The notes: generated from the sequence alone by a model not told the origin. Shown: positions 8,483 to 16,229, counted from the first letter of the stretch. The stretch: 24,322 bases of DNA from an uncultured Methanosarcinales archaeon (GCA_964518225.1 CAZFEZ010000001.1:1-24322), one strand, 5' to 3'. Numbers and translations are program-made.

Positions 8483-9158
8483 CTTTCTTCTTCCGTCGCC
8501 TCTTTGGCTCTTCCTTGATAGCTTCTTCCTTTACTTCTTTTATCTCCTCCACTATTGTTTCTTTTTTATCCACCAGTTCTATGTCGTCGGGCAGCTTGAG
8601 GTCGGGCGGCATTATGCTGACCTTGATGCCAACTATGCCTGTCTTAAGATGCGCCTGCGCATCGGCTTTTCGTACATAATTTGCTATGTCGCCGCATTTT
8701 TTTAAATAGCCTGAATAAAAGCGCCATGATTTTGCCCTCGCGCTCGGAACTTTGCCGCTCACTACGATCTCTATTCCCAGGGCGCCTGCCCTCATCACAT
8801 CAGTCATTATCTTATGGCCTATGGCTTTGAATTTCTGCGAGCCGAATTTTTCCAGCGCATCCGTAATCTTTTCGACCACTATATGCGCATCCAGATTCGG
8901 ATTATCAACCTCGCTTATCTCTATCTGCGGGTTCTCGAGATCAAACCTTTTCTTCAGTGTTTTTGTAAGCTGTTTTATGTTCTGCCCCTTCCTTCCTACA
9001 ACCAATCCGGGCCTTGAGGCAAAAATTATAATTTTTTCCCCGAGGGGAGTTTTGACCATCTTTGTATGGCTGTGGCCAACATTTTCCAGGCTTTGGGTTA
9101 TGTATTCCTCTATCTGGAATTCCTTTATTTTCTGCGCCACAAATTTTCTTTCTATCAT
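8451..9158 (-). CDS. rps3: 30S ribosomal protein uS3
   Basis: KTPLG, RPGLVVGRKG KH motif, NPNLDA, GALGIEIVVSGK, RAKSWRFYSGYLKKCG, GIVGIKVSIM. Confidence 0.99.
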   Translation of the reverse strand: MIERKFVAQKIKEFQIEEYITQSLENVGHSHTKMVKTPLGEKIIIFASRPGLVVGRKGQNIKQLTKTLKKRFDLENPQIEISEVDNPNLDAHIVVEKITDALEKFGSQKFKAIGHKIMTDVMRAGALGIEIVVSGKVPSARAKSWRFYSGYLKKCGDIANYVRKADAQAHLKTGIVGIKVSIMPPDLKLPDDIELVDKKETIVEEIKEVKEEAIKEEPKRRRKKKDESQGTKNNE

Positions 9159-9628
9159 TTCTGCCTCACTTTTTTTGTTTTGGGCTCTTCCGCCTTTGCC
9201 TTTTCCTCGACGACAATCTCAACGTTGGTTCTTTTCATCCTTCTTCTTGATTTTCTTCCGTAATGCCATGCTTTTCCTGCTTTATGCGCCGTAACATGGG
9301 CTATAACTAAATTTGACGAGCTTAGTCCTTTGAACTGCGCATTTGACTCGACGCTTTCTATCAGCCTGATGAATTCCTTTGACGCGCTCATGGGATACCT
9401 GCCCGGCCCTATAGCTTTCTTGTGGCCCAGGTCCCAGTTATACCTTCTGAAAGGGACTGCAGCTTTCTTGTCTATGACATCCTGAAGCATTTTTTTTGCC
9501 TGAGTGATGTTTTTGTTTTTTATGAAATTGCAGATTTCAACGCTTTGCTTAAATGATATTGGCAATGCCATTCCGACAGCCCTAGCCATATGCTCCCTGT
9601 TGTAATCCCTGAATGTGTAGCCTTTCAT
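9155..9628 (-). CDS. rpl22: 50S ribosomal protein uL22
   Basis: ISFKQSVEIC, AVPFRRY, GPGRYP.SAS, NAQFKGL. Confidence 0.98.
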   Translation of the reverse strand: MKGYTFRDYNREHMARAVGMALPISFKQSVEICNFIKNKNITQAKKMLQDVIDKKAAVPFRRYNWDLGHKKAIGPGRYPMSASKEFIRLIESVESNAQFKGLSSSNLVIAHVTAHKAGKAWHYGRKSRRRMKRTNVEIVVEEKAKAEEPKTKKVRQK

Positions 9629-9720
9629 TCGTCAAAAATCCTCTTGAGTTTTATTTTTGTTTTATCCGCATTTTTCTTGCGGATTTTTGATCGTGCTCGA
9701 AAATGCCTCATTTTCGACAT
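9625..9720 (-). CDS. Putative 31-aa basic small ORF (MSKMRHFRARSKIRKKNADKTKIKLKRIFDE) between rps19 and rpl22
   Basis: Starts in a TAATG overlap with the rps19 stop and ends in an ATGA overlap with the rpl22 start; 13 of 31 residues are K/R. Confidence 0.5.
   Translation of the reverse strand: MSKMRHFRARSKIRKKNADKTKIKLKRIFDE
9632..9717 (-). promoter_or_regulatory. Structured RNA segment with competing stems upstream of rpl22
   Basis: 9-bp inverted repeat 9697-9705/9709-9717; 7-bp 9664-9670/9678-9684; 10-bp 9632-9641/9681-9690, which overlaps the 7-bp stem and the rpl22 RBS region. Confidence 0.5.
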
Positions 9721-10103
9721 TACTTCACGGACAAGCTTGCGCTTGATCTTGTAGCGCCTATTCCAGGAGCGCTGTGGGCAACTTTCCTTCTTGTCAGCGC
9801 AAATTCGCCAAGACAATGCCCTATCATGCCCTCTTCTATCATTACTGGGACAAACTCCTTGCCCTGGTGGACTTTTATTGACTTGCCTATCATTTCCGGC
9901 AAGACCACCATGTCCCTGCAATGAGTCTCGATATTTTTTTCATTTGCCCTTAATTTCTTGAGCAGTATTTTTTGCTGCTCTGTGAATCCCCTCTTTATCG
10001 TCCTTCTCTGCCTTGCAGTAAGCAGCTCTGCCAGCTCATTCAGGCTCAGTTTTTTCAATTCGTCAACCGACTTTCCCTTGAACGTGAATTCTTTCTTGGC
10101 CAT
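9720..10103 (-). CDS. rps19: 30S ribosomal protein uS19 (start re-called to ATG 10103)
   Basis: MAKKEFTFKGKS, RQRRTIKRG, THCRDMVVLPEMIG, MIGHCLGEFALTRR.V.HSAPGIGATRSS; SD GAGGT 4 nt upstream of ATG 10103. Confidence 0.97.
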   Translation of the reverse strand: MAKKEFTFKGKSVDELKKLSLNELAELLTARQRRTIKRGFTEQQKILLKKLRANEKNIETHCRDMVVLPEMIGKSIKVHQGKEFVPVMIEEGMIGHCLGEFALTRRKVAHSAPGIGATRSSASLSVK

Positions 10104-10105
10104 GT

Positions 10106-10825
10106 TTACCTCTTGCGCCTTCCCGTCCTTTTTGGAGCGATTTTTCCGACTTTTCTTCCTGGGGGCGAGTTTCTTGCCGATTGTGTCGGGCGCCCTTTTG
10201 CATGAGAGCTTGAGCCCCCGAATGGATGGTTGACTGAGTTCATTGACGTTCCGCTCACCATCGGCCATACCTTATTTTTGGCTGTCATTGCGTAAAATCT
10301 GGAGCCTGCTTTCAAAAACGGCTTTTCTGTCCTGCCGCCGCCTGCAACAACACCTATGACTGCCTTGCATTCCGGCAAAAATGTCCTTCTTTTGCTTGAT
10401 GGAAGCTCAACGATAATGCCGTCTTCAGCTTTTGTTATCACCCTTGCAAAAGCCCCGCTTGCCTTCACGAATTTGCCTCCGTCACCCGGGCTTGATTCTA
10501 TGTTATAAACTGAGGTTCCTTCAGGAATGCTTTTCAGCGGCAATATGTTTCCTGCTTTAAGCTCGACTTCCTTTCCCATCTCTATTCTGTCTCCCAACCT
10601 AACCCCTTCCGGGGCCTGCAGTAATCCAACTTCGCCATTGCTGTATTTCAGCTCCATTAATGGGGCGCTGTGGCCGCTGCTGTGCAGAATGTCAACAATC
10701 TGGGCGTTTATTGTCTTGCCCTCCTCATATCTGGCAAAATTTACCCTTCCCTTGTACCTAAAGCTTGGCGCCCTGTATCTTGGGCTTCCCTTGCCCCTTT
10801 TCTGCTGGATTAAGCTCTTTCCCAT
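10106..10825 (-). CDS. rpl2: 50S ribosomal protein uL2
   Basis: MGKSLIQQKRGKGSP, NIE..PGDGGKF..ASG, GGGRTEKPFLKAG, HPFGG, PPGRKVG.IAPKRTG. Confidence 0.99.
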   Translation of the reverse strand: MGKSLIQQKRGKGSPRYRAPSFRYKGRVNFARYEEGKTINAQIVDILHSSGHSAPLMELKYSNGEVGLLQAPEGVRLGDRIEMGKEVELKAGNILPLKSIPEGTSVYNIESSPGDGGKFVKASGAFARVITKAEDGIIVELPSSKRRTFLPECKAVIGVVAGGGRTEKPFLKAGSRFYAMTAKNKVWPMVSGTSMNSVNHPFGGSSSHAKGRPTQSARNSPPGRKVGKIAPKRTGRRKR

Positions 10826-10835
10826 TTTGATTGCC

Positions 10836-11096
10836 TCACATCAGCCCCATCTGAGTCGCTATGTCTATGGCTGGATTTTTTGAAGAAAACTTTACATATG
10901 CTCTCTTCTCGCCTTCTGGATTGACAAATGTATTGACGCTGACTACTTCCACTTTGAACATTTCCTCTATTGCTTTTTTTATCTCCTTTTTTGACGATTT
11001 ATTGTTGACAACGAAAATCAGCTTGTTGTCGGTTTCCATAAGCCGTATGGATTTTTCCGTCGACAGAGGATGCTTTATTATATTGTAAGGGTCCAT
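10836..11096 (-). CDS. rpl23: 50S ribosomal protein uL23 (start re-called to ATG 11096)
   Basis: IIKHPLSTEKS, NKLIFVV, K.EIKKAIE.MF.V.V..VNT, GEKRAYVK; the ORF-track start at 11150 overlaps rpl4. Confidence 0.97.
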   Translation of the reverse strand: MDPYNIIKHPLSTEKSIRLMETDNKLIFVVNNKSSKKEIKKAIEEMFKVEVVSVNTFVNPEGEKRAYVKFSSKNPAIDIATQMGLM

Positions 11097-11098
11097 TT

Positions 11099-11905
11099 TT
11101 ACCTGAACAAGTTTTCTTTTTCTAATATGCTTATGGCGGCTTTTGTCCATAATGTAAGCCTGCCTGCCTTAGCGCCGGGCGCAAGCAGCTCTGCATTCAG
11201 GCTCTTCACCTCGACAATATCAATGCCAGGTATATTTGCGACTGCCATGATCAGATTGCCTGTTTTTGAAACTACGATTAAAGGCCCTTTCTTTTTTTTG
11301 TATTTTCTGCCCCTTGATTTGCCTTTTCCGGCTCTCACGCTTTTTTCCTCAACTCTGGACAGCTCGTTTTCAAATCCCAGCGCCATTAATGTTGAAACTA
11401 CATCTTTTGTTTTTTGCATGGACTCAAATTTATCATCCAAGGCAAAAGGATAGTTATTCGGGATTAAGTGCCCTCTTTCAGCAACGATTTCCCTGATTAC
11501 GGTGGCTGAAATTGCGCTTCTTATGGCTTTAGACCTTTCCTTTGCGTCTATTTTTTTCCACCATGTTTTTTGGGATTTTGGCGGATGTGCCCTTCTCCCT
11601 CCGACAGTTCCGGGGGCAAACGCGCCTACCCAGTTCATTCTTGTGCCCCTTCTTGTCATTATTTTTCTCGGCACCCTTGAGATTCCAATGCCATACGAGC
11701 CCCGGTAATCCCTTCTTCTCCTTGATAATTTTGCTGACGATCTTTTTCCTGCTTCGCTGCCCGCGGCATATTTCTGCCTCTTGTGGCTTTGTATTGCCAA
11801 TACGCCCCTTTGTATAATATCGGGTCGGTACTCCTCTTCAAACTGCGGCGGCAGCTTGATTTCCCCGGTCTTGTTTTTTGATTGGTCGAAAATGTCCAGC
11901 TTCAT
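11099..11905 (-). CDS. rpl4: 50S ribosomal protein uL4
   Basis: EEYRPDII, ISRVPR, APGTVGGRRAHPPK, RAGKGKSRGR, NIPGID, LNAELLAPG..AGRLTLWT. Confidence 0.98.
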   Translation of the reverse strand: MKLDIFDQSKNKTGEIKLPPQFEEEYRPDIIQRGVLAIQSHKRQKYAAGSEAGKRSSAKLSRRRRDYRGSYGIGISRVPRKIMTRRGTRMNWVGAFAPGTVGGRRAHPPKSQKTWWKKIDAKERSKAIRSAISATVIREIVAERGHLIPNNYPFALDDKFESMQKTKDVVSTLMALGFENELSRVEEKSVRAGKGKSRGRKYKKKKGPLIVVSKTGNLIMAVANIPGIDIVEVKSLNAELLAPGAKAGRLTLWTKAAISILEKENLFR

Positions 11906-11906
11906 T

Positions 11907-12878
11907 TTATCTTCCCTGCTTTGACTCGATGCTTGTGTATGTTATTTGAGGCGCTTCCTGGGCGAATTTTTTGGGCCTTGAAGGCTCTGTAAACTTTATT
12001 AATTCCTTGTGCGGCCCGTTAATGGAGCCTTTGACGAGAATGTAAGTGCTTTTTACATTGCCATAACGGACAAAGCCGCCTTTTGCATTAATCTCCTCTG
12101 GCTTATTTCCGATTTTAACAAGCCACTTGTTGTATTCTGTCCTTAAATGATGCCCCATCTTGCCGGCATGCGCCACCCTCCACATTATATGGCCTTGGGA
12201 GTTCCATGCGCCCAGGCTTCCCGGATTCCTCCTGCTTTTTTCTGACTTGTGATGGCGCAGCTGCACTCCAAACCTCCTGACAGGTCCCTGAAATCCTTTC
12301 CCTTGGGTTATAGAATGCGTATCCAATAACTGGCCTTCGCTGAATACTTCGCTTACAGGTATTTCCTTGCCTAATTTTTCTTTTGCATAAGCCAGCTGCT
12401 GCTCTTTGGAGCCTCCTAAGGCTATTTCAAACATCTCAGGCTTTTTCTTCCCTATGTCTGTCAATTTTGGCTGAGTGTTGCACATCAATCTTATAAAATC
12501 GTAATCGTCTGAGTCTTTGCCTTTCTTTTTTGGAATTGTCATCTTTCTTTCCAGCTCTTTGTCAAGCGAGTCGGCGAAAAATTGAGAAACGAGTTTTGAG
12601 CCATCTTGCGTATTTTTGTAGAACATCATAGAAGAAGCCTTGAGCGGAGGGCACTCCACAATTGTGACCGGGCAGAAAATCTCTGAGCCTTTTGTAAGAG
12701 AGTGCTGGCGGTTGTCGTTAATGAGCAGATGAGTCATGCCGACTTTGTAGCCAGCAAAACCCAAAGGCTTGGCGTCTTTGCTTGGCTGCCAGTTTCTTAT
12801 CCTTGCATAACTGGATCTGGACCTGACCCTTGGCCAAAACTGCATGCTTCCTGCTCTTGGTTTTCTTGTCCTTGGCAT
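11907..12878 (-). CDS. rpl3: 50S ribosomal protein uL3 (start re-called to ATG 12878)
   Basis: PRAGSM.FWPR.R, GFAGYKVGMTH, PVTIVECPP, TQGKGFQGPVRRFG, AGKMGHH.RTEYNK, GGFVRYG. Confidence 0.98.
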   Translation of the reverse strand: MPRTRKPRAGSMQFWPRVRSRSSYARIRNWQPSKDAKPLGFAGYKVGMTHLLINDNRQHSLTKGSEIFCPVTIVECPPLKASSMMFYKNTQDGSKLVSQFFADSLDKELERKMTIPKKKGKDSDDYDFIRLMCNTQPKLTDIGKKKPEMFEIALGGSKEQQLAYAKEKLGKEIPVSEVFSEGQLLDTHSITQGKGFQGPVRRFGVQLRHHKSEKSRRNPGSLGAWNSQGHIMWRVAHAGKMGHHLRTEYNKWLVKIGNKPEEINAKGGFVRYGNVKSTYILVKGSINGPHKELIKFTEPSRPKKFAQEAPQITYTSIESKQGR

Positions 12879-13053
12879 TTTATTTTTATATGAATGCAAC
12901 ACAGACTGGTGTGCCTATGCTTTTTCCTGCAAAATAAGCCTTTTGCTGACAACCTTTTGTAGAAAACAGTTTAAATCAACTGTACTGAAAAGGCAATCTT
13001 TTCAGGCTTGTTTATGCCCCGTATTTACTTACAAATACGAATATTTACAGCCC
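12879..13053 (-). promoter_or_regulatory. Putative structured 5' leader (about 170 nt) of the ribosomal-protein operon
   Basis: Four perfect stems: 13020-13026/13033-13039, 12985-12992/12998-13005, 12966-12971/12978-12983, 12929-12934/12941-12946; lies between a TATA box and rpl3. Confidence 0.55.
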
Positions 13054-13070
13054 TGAGGAATAGTGGGAGA

Positions 13071-13086
13071 TTTATAAAGGTTGCGG
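13071..13086 (-). promoter_or_regulatory. Archaeal promoter (BRE-like CCGCAACC + TATA TTTATAAA) for the r-protein operon
   Basis: TTTATAAA at 13071-13078 with a BRE-like element upstream on the minus strand. Confidence 0.55.
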
Positions 13087-13116
13087 TATAAAAATTTGTT
13101 TTCCGGAAGGGTTAAA

Positions 13117-13124
13117 TTTATAAA
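13117..13124 (+). promoter_or_regulatory. TATA box for the sugar-nucleotide genes (near-leaderless)
   Basis: TTTATAAA 28 nt upstream of ATG 13153. Confidence 0.55.
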
Positions 13125-13152
13125 TCAACGGGCTAATTGGCATTCCTGTAAA

Positions 13153-13854
13153 ATGATTAAAACTGCGGTGGTGCTTGTTGGCGGAAGGGGCTTAAGGCTC
13201 ATGCCTTACACTCAGGACATACCGAAGCCAATGATAGAAGTTGGGGGGAAGCCTTTAGTGCACTGGATTGTGGACTGGCTGATAGAAAATAGAATCAAGA
13301 CTATTGTTTTCGGCGTTGACTACAAAAAAGAAGCCATCATTGGCTATTTGAAGCAGCAGCATTTCAGCGCTGAAATACTGTTTAATGACCACCATAATGC
13401 CAAAGGAACCGGAGATGCATTCAGGCTTGCGATAGAAAATAAGGGCATTAACGACAAGACATTTATTGCAATGAACGGCGATGAGCTTACAGACCTGTCA
13501 ATCAAGAATTTTTTGACGTTTCATAACGAGCACATGCCCATTGCGTCACTGATGGCTTACCCATTAAGAAGCCCTTATGGAGTTCTTGATATAGACCATG
13601 AATTCAACATAACAGCGTTCAGGGAAAAGCCGGTAATTGACAACTATTTTATCAACTCCGGGATTTACCTGTTTGACAAGCAGATAAAAAGCTATCTGCC
13701 CGAAAGCGGGTCTATAGAAGAAACAACCTTTGTGAAGCTCGCTGAAATTAAAAAAATAAAGGCTTTCAAGTACTTCGGATTTTGGCGCACGATAGACACG
13801 ATGAAGGACCTGGCAATTGTTGAGGAAAAGATAGGCGTTTTGAAAGAGGTGTAA
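13153..13854 (+). CDS. Sugar-1-phosphate nucleotidyltransferase (NTP_transferase family; start re-called to ATG 13153)
   Basis: VVLVGGRGLRLMPYT..IPKPMIEVGGKP signature, MNGD, FREKP, FW.TIDT; donor specificity not determinable. Confidence 0.92.
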   Translation: MIKTAVVLVGGRGLRLMPYTQDIPKPMIEVGGKPLVHWIVDWLIENRIKTIVFGVDYKKEAIIGYLKQQHFSAEILFNDHHNAKGTGDAFRLAIENKGINDKTFIAMNGDELTDLSIKNFLTFHNEHMPIASLMAYPLRSPYGVLDIDHEFNITAFREKPVIDNYFINSGIYLFDKQIKSYLPESGSIEETTFVKLAEIKKIKAFKYFGFWRTIDTMKDLAIVEEKIGVLKEV

Positions 13855-13855
13855 A

Positions 13856-14809
13856 ATGAAAATTCTTTTGACAGGGGTTACGGGGTTTATAGGAAGCGAG
13901 GTTGCAAGAAAGCTTGTTGAAGAAGGCGAGCATGAAGTGGCGGCTTTGGTGAGGGTCGGCTCAAATTTAAGCATGTTCGAGCCCATAAAAGACATCATAA
14001 GCAATCTGGATGTGAGGTATGGCAATTTATCAGATTTTCATTCAATCAAAAGAATTGTAAAGGATGTTTCTCCGCAATATATTCTGCACATCGGCGCGCA
14101 GACAAGCGTGAGGCATTCCTTTGAGCTGCCCCTCGAGTATAATGACACCAATTATCTCGGCACCATCAATTTGGTTCATGCTGCTTTGGAAGTGCCTTCA
14201 TTCAAGAAGCTAATTTTCGCCTCGACAATGGAAACTTATGGATGGCAGCCAAAGAAAATTCCGTTCAGGGAAGACCTGAGCTTAAATCCTGCAAGCCCCT
14301 ATGCAGCCTCAAAAGCAGCCTGTGAAATCTACATCAGGATGGCGCAGAAGGCATTCGGGCTGCCCTACATAATTTCGAGGGCGTGCAATACATTCGGAAG
14401 AAAGCACAATTCCGGGTTTGTGACAGAATATTTAATTACGACAATGCTCAAGAACCAGACAGTTTATCTTGGAACTCCGAATGCTGTCAGGGACATGATG
14501 TACGTCGACGACCATGTAAACGCGTATCTAAGAATGCTTAAGTCAAATGCTGTGAATGACACTTTTAATTTCGGCACAGGCTCAAGGACAAAGATGAAGG
14601 AGATAGCAGAAAAGATCAGGAAATTTACTGATTTCAAAGGCACGATTGCGTATACTTTCCCGCCGAATTACCCGTGGAGGCCTGTTGTTGAGGGTTTCCT
14701 TTCATTGAATTCAGGCAAAGCCAGAAAAAAACTGGGCTGGAAGCCAAAATACAGCCTTGACGAAGGCCTGAGAAAATCAGTTGGGTACTGGAAAGAGAAA
14801 TTAGCTTAG
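13856..14809 (+). CDS. NAD-dependent NDP-sugar epimerase/4,6-dehydratase (extended SDR, GMD/RmlB-like)
   Basis: GVTGFIG Rossmann motif, STMETYG, catalytic YAASK, NTFGR, RDMMYVDD, FNFGTG, LGWKPKYSLDEGL. Confidence 0.93.
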   Translation: MKILLTGVTGFIGSEVARKLVEEGEHEVAALVRVGSNLSMFEPIKDIISNLDVRYGNLSDFHSIKRIVKDVSPQYILHIGAQTSVRHSFELPLEYNDTNYLGTINLVHAALEVPSFKKLIFASTMETYGWQPKKIPFREDLSLNPASPYAASKAACEIYIRMAQKAFGLPYIISRACNTFGRKHNSGFVTEYLITTMLKNQTVYLGTPNAVRDMMYVDDHVNAYLRMLKSNAVNDTFNFGTGSRTKMKEIAEKIRKFTDFKGTIAYTFPPNYPWRPVVEGFLSLNSGKARKKLGWKPKYSLDEGLRKSVGYWKEKLA

Positions 14810-15516
14810 CCAAAATATTTTTCTTTCAAAGCTGAGAGAATCGGCTTTGTATACGAGAGAAATTGCTTCCTGTAGTTTAATGTTGACTTCTTGTCCGCCC
14901 TTTGGTAATGTATTGGCACTTCTATTGCTTTGTACCCTTTGTTAATTGCTTTCAGAAAAATCTCAACGTGCAATCCGAATCCAGTGCTTTCCAGATTCAG
15001 ATTTTCTAACACTTTCTTTTTGTAGAGCTTGAATCCGGTTGTTATGTCTTTGACATTTGTTCCAGCCAGAAGCCTTGTCATTAAATTGAATGACCTGCTT
15101 ATTATGGACCTCTTTAAGTTCATGTCCGCCCTGCCGCCTCTTGTGTATCTTGAGCCTATGATTATGTCAGCTTCGTTTTTGTGCTTCAGCAGATTGGGAA
15201 TTTCATCCGGAGAATGGGACAGATCGCAGTCCATTATGATAAGGTATTTTCCTTTTGAGTTTACAAAGCCTTCCCTCAAAGAGCTTCCAAGGTCTGTATT
15301 GGGCATGTTTCTTCTGTGGATAACCCTTACTCTTTTGTCTTTCTTTGCTACACTGTCTGCCAGAATTCCGGTATTGTCTGTGCTGTGGTTGTCCATGAAG
15401 ACTATTTCGCCGCTTATTTTGTGCTTGTCAAATACAGCCAGGACTTGCCTGAGAACGCTTTGAACTGTTTTCTGCTCGTTTAATGCCGAGATTACAACTG
15501 AGAGTTCCGTTGCCAT
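14806..15516 (-). CDS. Glycosyltransferase family 2, dolichol/polyprenol-phosphate mannosyltransferase-like (ATG 15516 preferred over TTG 15537)
   Basis: LSVVISALNE, DNHSTDNT, MDCDLSHSP (DxD), IIIGSRYTRGG, DITTGFKLY, EVPIHY. Confidence 0.9.
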   Translation of the reverse strand: MATELSVVISALNEQKTVQSVLRQVLAVFDKHKISGEIVFMDNHSTDNTGILADSVAKKDKRVRVIHRRNMPNTDLGSSLREGFVNSKGKYLIIMDCDLSHSPDEIPNLLKHKNEADIIIGSRYTRGGRADMNLKRSIISRSFNLMTRLLAGTNVKDITTGFKLYKKKVLENLNLESTGFGLHVEIFLKAINKGYKAIEVPIHYQRADKKSTLNYRKQFLSYTKPILSALKEKYFG

Positions 15517-15541
15517 TTTAACTCTTTTTGCAGTCAAGGTT

Positions 15542-16180
15542 TTATATTTTTCCTCTTTTTTTGTAAATATAGTATCCTGATCCTGCCAGAACTAATGCCG
15601 CCCCTATTGTGGTGAATTCCGGAACTTCATGCTCTTCCTGCCCGTAAGAATCATTTTCGTCTGTATACTCATTCTCATAATTATCTTCATTATCCCAATC
15701 ATTCTCTTCTGAATTTTCGTCATTTTGGCCCTCTTGCTCGCTGTTTTCTTCAGAATGATCATTAGTTGATTGGTTTGATTCATTATAATCTTCAGTATTT
15801 TCGTTGCTGTTCTCTTGGCCGTCAGGCTGGCTTTGGCTGTTACCTGAAGAGCCTGAACTGCCTCCAGACGAACCTCCACCGCCACCTCCTCTTAAGCGTA
15901 CGTAAGCATGGCCTCCTGGATAATTTACATTATAGCTGTGGCCGCTGCCATTTGTATAGTTAAGTGTGCCATTTAAGAATGAATTGTAAAGGTTGAATAG
16001 GGAACTGTTTGTATCATTCAAAGACTGGTTTATTGTTGTATTGAGGCTCTTGCCTGCAATGTCCAAAGTGGTGTTGCCGTCAAACTCTATGTGAACATTC
16101 TTGTTGGACGGGATATAGGCACATCCGCTAGCAAAGGCTAGCACGATTAGTATCCCCATTAAAAGTGTGTTTTTTCTCAT
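15542..16180 (-). CDS. Secreted lipoprotein-like surface protein with PEF-CTERM sorting tail
   Basis: N-terminal MRKN + hydrophobic + ASGC lipobox; 11 N-X-S/T sequons; Gly/Ser linker; acidic N/E/D tract; C-terminal VPEFTTIGAALVLAGSGYYIYKKRGKI. Confidence 0.85.
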   Translation of the reverse strand: MRKNTLLMGILIVLAFASGCAYIPSNKNVHIEFDGNTTLDIAGKSLNTTINQSLNDTNSSLFNLYNSFLNGTLNYTNGSGHSYNVNYPGGHAYVRLRGGGGGGSSGGSSGSSGNSQSQPDGQENSNENTEDYNESNQSTNDHSEENSEQEGQNDENSEENDWDNEDNYENEYTDENDSYGQEEHEVPEFTTIGAALVLAGSGYYIYKKRGKI

Positions 16181-16229
16181 AGCAATCCCAACATATTTTC
16201 ACTACTTATGAATAAGTATAAAGAGGTAG

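Noticed and set aside
9721-9921. Upstream part of the 98-aa ORF 9625-9921
   Set aside because: Out-of-frame overlap with rps19; only the ATG-initiated part 9625-9720 is plausible
10104-10268. Apparent 55-aa N-terminal extension of uS19
   Set aside because: Overlaps the 3' end of rpl2 in another frame; SD GAGGT supports the ATG at 10103
12879-13053. tRNA-like GGGCTGTA start in the rpl3 leader
   Set aside because: No matching acceptor 3' strand, no T-loop (GTTCRA) or D-loop consensus
13564-14025. 153-aa minus-strand ORF and other ORFs antisense to the glycosylation, ABC and surface-protein genes
   Set aside because: Shadows of genes with clear catalytic motifs on the opposite strand
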